Assembly (NCBI GenBank): GCA_965206645.1
Contig: CBDBKE010000004.1
Coordinates: 2,016,001-2,080,000, forward strand
Direction: 5' to 3'
From: Terriglobia bacterium
GTDB lineage: Bacteria > Acidobacteriota > Terriglobia > JAJPHL01 > JAPKYU01
Length of the DNA stretch: 64,000 nucleotides
Part shown: positions 60,275 through 64,000 of the stretch, piece by piece
How the letters are laid out: each line of letters opens with the position of its first letter
Position numbering within the stretch: position 1 is the stretch's first letter
The notes under the pieces: generated by a model
Seen by the model: the letters and a program-made list of their open reading frames with translations, nothing else
Told to the model about the DNA's origin: nothing
Databases searched by the model: none
Translations under genes and position numbers: made by a program

Positions 60275-60994
60275 TTAGTTGCCCTCTTGTTCCTGAGCAC
60301 GTGCCGGAACTACGAGGTCAGCGACGAAAGGATCCATCGCATCGCCATCTAGGCCGAACTCCTTGAAGACATAGTGAGCCAGATGAACTGTGTGAAGCAC
60401 CGGCGTTACTGCAACGTCGTCCGGCGTCAGCGATGAGTCCACAGAGACTGCCCAGTCACCGTCTCCGTAAACCAGATGTCCGCCGATCGTCGTCAAGTTC
60501 GCATGGCCAGAGACGAGCGACTCGTAGCCGTAGGTCACATCATAACCAGTGACTCCTGCTGGACCATCGACCGATTCTCGTTCGCGGAGTAGCTCAAGCA
60601 TGCGGTCGTACAGTTTCTTGTAGTTCAGTTTCGCGAGCCTTCCATCCCAGTCCGGATGATAGTCATCTCGTTCCAGCCGGAGCGCCTTGGATAGGCGGCG
60701 CTTCCAGTAGATGTCGTCACCAGCGATGACTTGCAGAGCTTCGTCTCCAGCCAAGAGAACGTAGAGCGAAACGAGCCAGGCTTCCCAGTGCTGCCGAGCA
60801 AGGATGCTTGCCAGCGCTGGCATTCTGGCCTCGTCGAGCACAAGAATGCCCTTCAGCAACGCGCAGCACCGCATGAGTCCTGCCGCAGCGAATTGTTTCG
60901 CTGGCCGTGGCGGTCTCGCCCTGAATGCGTCTACATGCCCGTAGACGTGGGCAAGGATCCGATCGGCAGCCTCCTTTGCCTTCATGGGTTGCAT
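60275..60994 (-). CDS. Hypothetical protein, DUF5677/HEPN-like
   Basis: ASILARQHWEA...Y...S..H pattern; RBS GGGAG. Confidence 0.6.
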   Translation of the reverse strand: MQPMKAKEAADRILAHVYGHVDAFRARPPRPAKQFAAAGLMRCCALLKGILVLDEARMPALASILARQHWEAWLVSLYVLLAGDEALQVIAGDDIYWKRRLSKALRLERDDYHPDWDGRLAKLNYKKLYDRMLELLRERESVDGPAGVTGYDVTYGYESLVSGHANLTTIGGHLVYGDGDWAVSVDSSLTPDDVAVTPVLHTVHLAHYVFKEFGLDGDAMDPFVADLVVPARAQEQEGN

Positions 60995-61000
60995 CTTCTC

Positions 61001-61066
61001 CCGGCTTCAGGATCGTCTCTGAGCGCCATTCGCGGATTCACAGGCACCAGGACACCCGCCGATCCG
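61001..61066 (+). repeat. 66-bp direct repeat, copy 2
   Basis: Matches copy 1; IS30 begins at 61074. Confidence 0.9.
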
Positions 61067-61073
61067 CTGACAG

Positions 61074-62302
61074 GGTGGTCTCAACCCATCGACGCAACAC
61101 TTTGCCTTGAAAGGAGGAGGTGGAGTGTATGCGGATGAAGCAAAGAGCTCGTCGCGGTTACACGCTGGCGGAACTGGAGGAGGTGTGGGATCGGTGGAAA
61201 CGAGGGGAGTCGCTCAAGTCGATTGGACGAGTGTTTTGTAAGCAGCCATCGTCTGTTTACCATCAGCTTGCTCCGTACGGAGGCATCCGTCCTCGGCCAC
61301 CACGCCGTTCATGTTGGGCACTGACGTTGTCGGAGCGCGAAGAGATCTCTCGAGGCATTGCGGCACATCAATCGATACGATCCATCGCCGGGTTGCTGGG
61401 TCGCTCACCATCGACGGTGAGCCGGGAGATTCGGCGGAATGGCGGCGATAATGACTATCGAGCAGCGGAGGCCGATGAGCAAGCCGGGGAGAGGGCCCGC
61501 CGGCCGAAGCGGTGTCAGCTGGTCAAGCATCCACAACTACGACGGGTAGTGGCCAGAAAGCTCAGCATAAACTGGTCGCCTGAGCAGATCGCCAGCTGGC
61601 TGAAACGAGCCTATCCGAAGGATCCGTCCTATCACGTGTCTCACGAGACCATCTACCGCAGCCTGTTTGTTCAAGCCCGCGGTGCGCTGAAGGCAGAGCT
61701 GATGCAGCATCTGCGGTCAAAGCGGACGATTCGTCGATCCCGACATGCAAGTCTGAGAGGCCATGGACGAGGACAGATCACCGACATCGTATCGATCCGT
61801 GAGCGCCCGGCCTCGGTCGAAGATCGTGCCGTGCCCGGTCATTGGGAAGGCGATCTGCTGTCCGGATCGAAGAACAGCCACATTGCGACTCTGGTCGAAC
61901 GTCATACGCGCTACGTGATGCTTACGAAAGTATCCAGCAAGAAAACGGAGACGGTCGTGTCGGCGCTCATCAAGCACGCGAAGAAGCTGCCGACGGAACT
62001 GTACAAATCTCTGACTTGGGATCGAGGCCTGGAGCTCGCCGAGCATCGACGGTTCACGTTGGCGACCGACATTGACGTATACTTCTGTGATCCTCAGAGT
62101 CCATGGCAGCGCGGTTCGAATGAGAACACCAACGGTCTACTCCGACAGTACTTCCCCAAGGGAACGGACTTGTCGGTGCACTCTCAGGCGCATCTGAACA
62201 AGGTGGCACGTCAGCTGAACGAACGGCCCCGTCAGACGCTGGAGTTTGAAACTCCGGCAGAACGATTTAACGCTTGTGTTGCATCGACCGGTTGAGCTGG
62301 CA
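61074..62302 (+). mobile_element. IS30-family element; transposase 61120-62295
   Basis: Protein identical to that of 36572-37747; no flanking duplication. Confidence 0.95.
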
Positions 62303-63635
62303 CTGGGTTTAGTGGTTCTTGCTAAGATGCTGAGATGCGCAATCTCGTTATCCTTGTTGTCCATGTCATGGCTACTCTTGCCCGGCTCTTGGGTCCGGGT
62401 GGCATTCGCTCTGTGATCGCCGAGTCCGTTCTTGTCAAGCAACAACTCCTGATCCTCAATCGTTCGCGACAGCGATCTCCCAATCTACGCACTTCAGATC
62501 GCCTCGCCGCCGGCCTGTGTGCTCTCCTCATCCGCCCCGCCCGCCTGATCCGCTCAGCAATCGTGCTGAAGCCTTCGACTCTTTTGGGCCTCCACCGGGC
62601 TCTGAGGAACCGAAAATATTGCCTGCTCTTTTCATCCAAGCACCGGCGTAAGCCCGGACCAAACGGACCCAACAAAGAACTCATCGACGCTGTTGTCCAG
62701 ATGAAGCAGCGCAATCCCACCTGGGGCTGCCCGTGAATCGCTCAGCAGATTGCCTTGGCTTTCGACATCCCCATCGACAAAGACGTTGTTCGAAGGATTC
62801 TCGCCAGCCACTATCGGCCGAAAAAGGACTCCGGTGGTCCATCCTGGCTGACCTTCATTGGCCACATGAAGGACAGCCTCTGGAGTATAGATCTGTTCCG
62901 GTGCGAATCGGCCACGTTGCGGACCCGCTGGGTCTTGGTCGTCATGGATCAATACACCCGCCGGATCATTGGGTTCGGCGTCCACGCCGGAACCGTCAAT
63001 GGCGTGGCACTTTGCCGCATGTTCAACTGCGCCATTCGATGGCAACCCTGTATGCCCAACTACCTCAGCTCCGACCATGATCCCCTGTATCGGTTTGGGC
63101 AGTGGCAAGCCAATCTGCGGATCCTGGAGGTAATCGAAATCAAAACCGTCCCCTATGTTCTCCTGTCCCATCCCTTTGTGGAACGGTTGATCGGCACGAT
63201 TCGACGCGAGTATTTGGATCGCAGGTTGTTCTGGACGACGGCGGACCTGGAGAACAAGCTGCTCGATTTCAGGACATATTTCAATGCGTATCGCTCGCAC
63301 ACTGGACTGGAGGGGAGAACGCCTGATCCAGTCACGCCTATACCACGACCAGTCGCCAGGCTCCATTCCTATGGATGGCAACGCCACTGCAGAGGCCTCT
63401 ATCACACCCCAATGACTGCCTGATTCTCCAAAGACTGGTGCTCCCTGTGTAACCGGCGGACATCGGCAGGCGGGCACTTCCTACGAAACCATTCGCTGTT
63501 TTAGCTTGTCAACGCGGAGCGGTTGTCTGATCTGATTGTTTCGCTGCTACCGAGGGTACTCCGCCAGTGTGCACTCGCCTCACTGGGGCAGCGGTCACGG
63601 GTAGAATCGCTCAACATATCAATTCGCAATGGACA
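62303..63635 (+). mobile_element. IS481-like element copy 2 (left end lost; premature TGA at 62734)
   Basis: Homologous to 21831-23198. Confidence 0.85.
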
Positions 63636-63874
63636 GGCGGCCCGATTCGCGCCGGAGCCTGAAGTGCTGCATAAAACTGGTGGGCTTCGCCAGTCCCAGG
63701 GTCCGATCGACGATTCAATATCTCGCCCGTCACACAATCAACCATTGCTATCTGCTGAAAACGTGTGTGAAAATCGCATCCGATTAAGTGGATCGCTCAG
63801 TTCCTCCCTTCCAAGCCTGGGGCGTTCCATCACGACCCAGTCTACTCGGTCTCAAGAAGCCAACGCCTTCATCT

Positions 63875-63914
63875 AATCACTCACTAGGGTTGGTACAAAA
63901 AATCGGTCTGGTCA
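63875..63914 (+). mobile_element. IS3-family right end (IRR) remnant
   Basis: GGTTGGTACAAAAAATCGGTCTGGTCA is identical to the IRR at 12110 and 30096. Confidence 0.75.
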
Positions 63915-64000
63915 GTCTCAGTACTGGAGGCTTGAATGGACAGAAACTATTGGCAGATTGCAGCGGGTTCTAAAGGACGTGATAACGCGGAGAACTTTCT

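Overview
This 64 kb window is entirely accessory DNA. It contains no housekeeping operon and one RNA gene, tRNA-Val(TAC), at 32746-32822 on the minus strand. The tRNA sits between two mirror-image, convergent modules, each reading VirB11/TrbB-type ATPase, small protein, Xis-like HTH, tyrosine integrase; both integrases have a non-canonical catalytic signature. A ~175-bp sequence (repeat A) occurs five times, always in the same orientation (about 2.1, 8.8, 21.6, 35.5 and 45.9 kb). It carries the same tandem motif found between integrase A and the tRNA, and two copies begin with AGGCAGGCG, which also occurs in the tRNA anticodon arm. Two copies cut directly into ATPase or integrase genes of sibling elements. 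I infer a stack of nested copies of one integrative-element family, with RepA_C, SSB-like and relaxase-like remnants. The stack is heavily eroded by IS3, IS256, IS1182, IS5, IS30, IS481-like, IS1380 and IS21 elements and by a 131-bp MITE present three times. Cargo includes defence-type genes (KAP NTPase, REase-NACHT, AbiJ-like, HEPN proteins, an IrrE/CapP-like peptidase, Fic, five type II TA pairs), degenerate attC-like sites, an iron module (Fur-rubrerythrin fusion, Fur-boxed TonB receptor, DUF4198-Kelch fusion) and a SEL1-repeat protein. The gene style suggests an Acidobacteriota-like, possibly host-associated organism, but this is weak inference. All family assignments come from motif recognition by eye, not from database searches.
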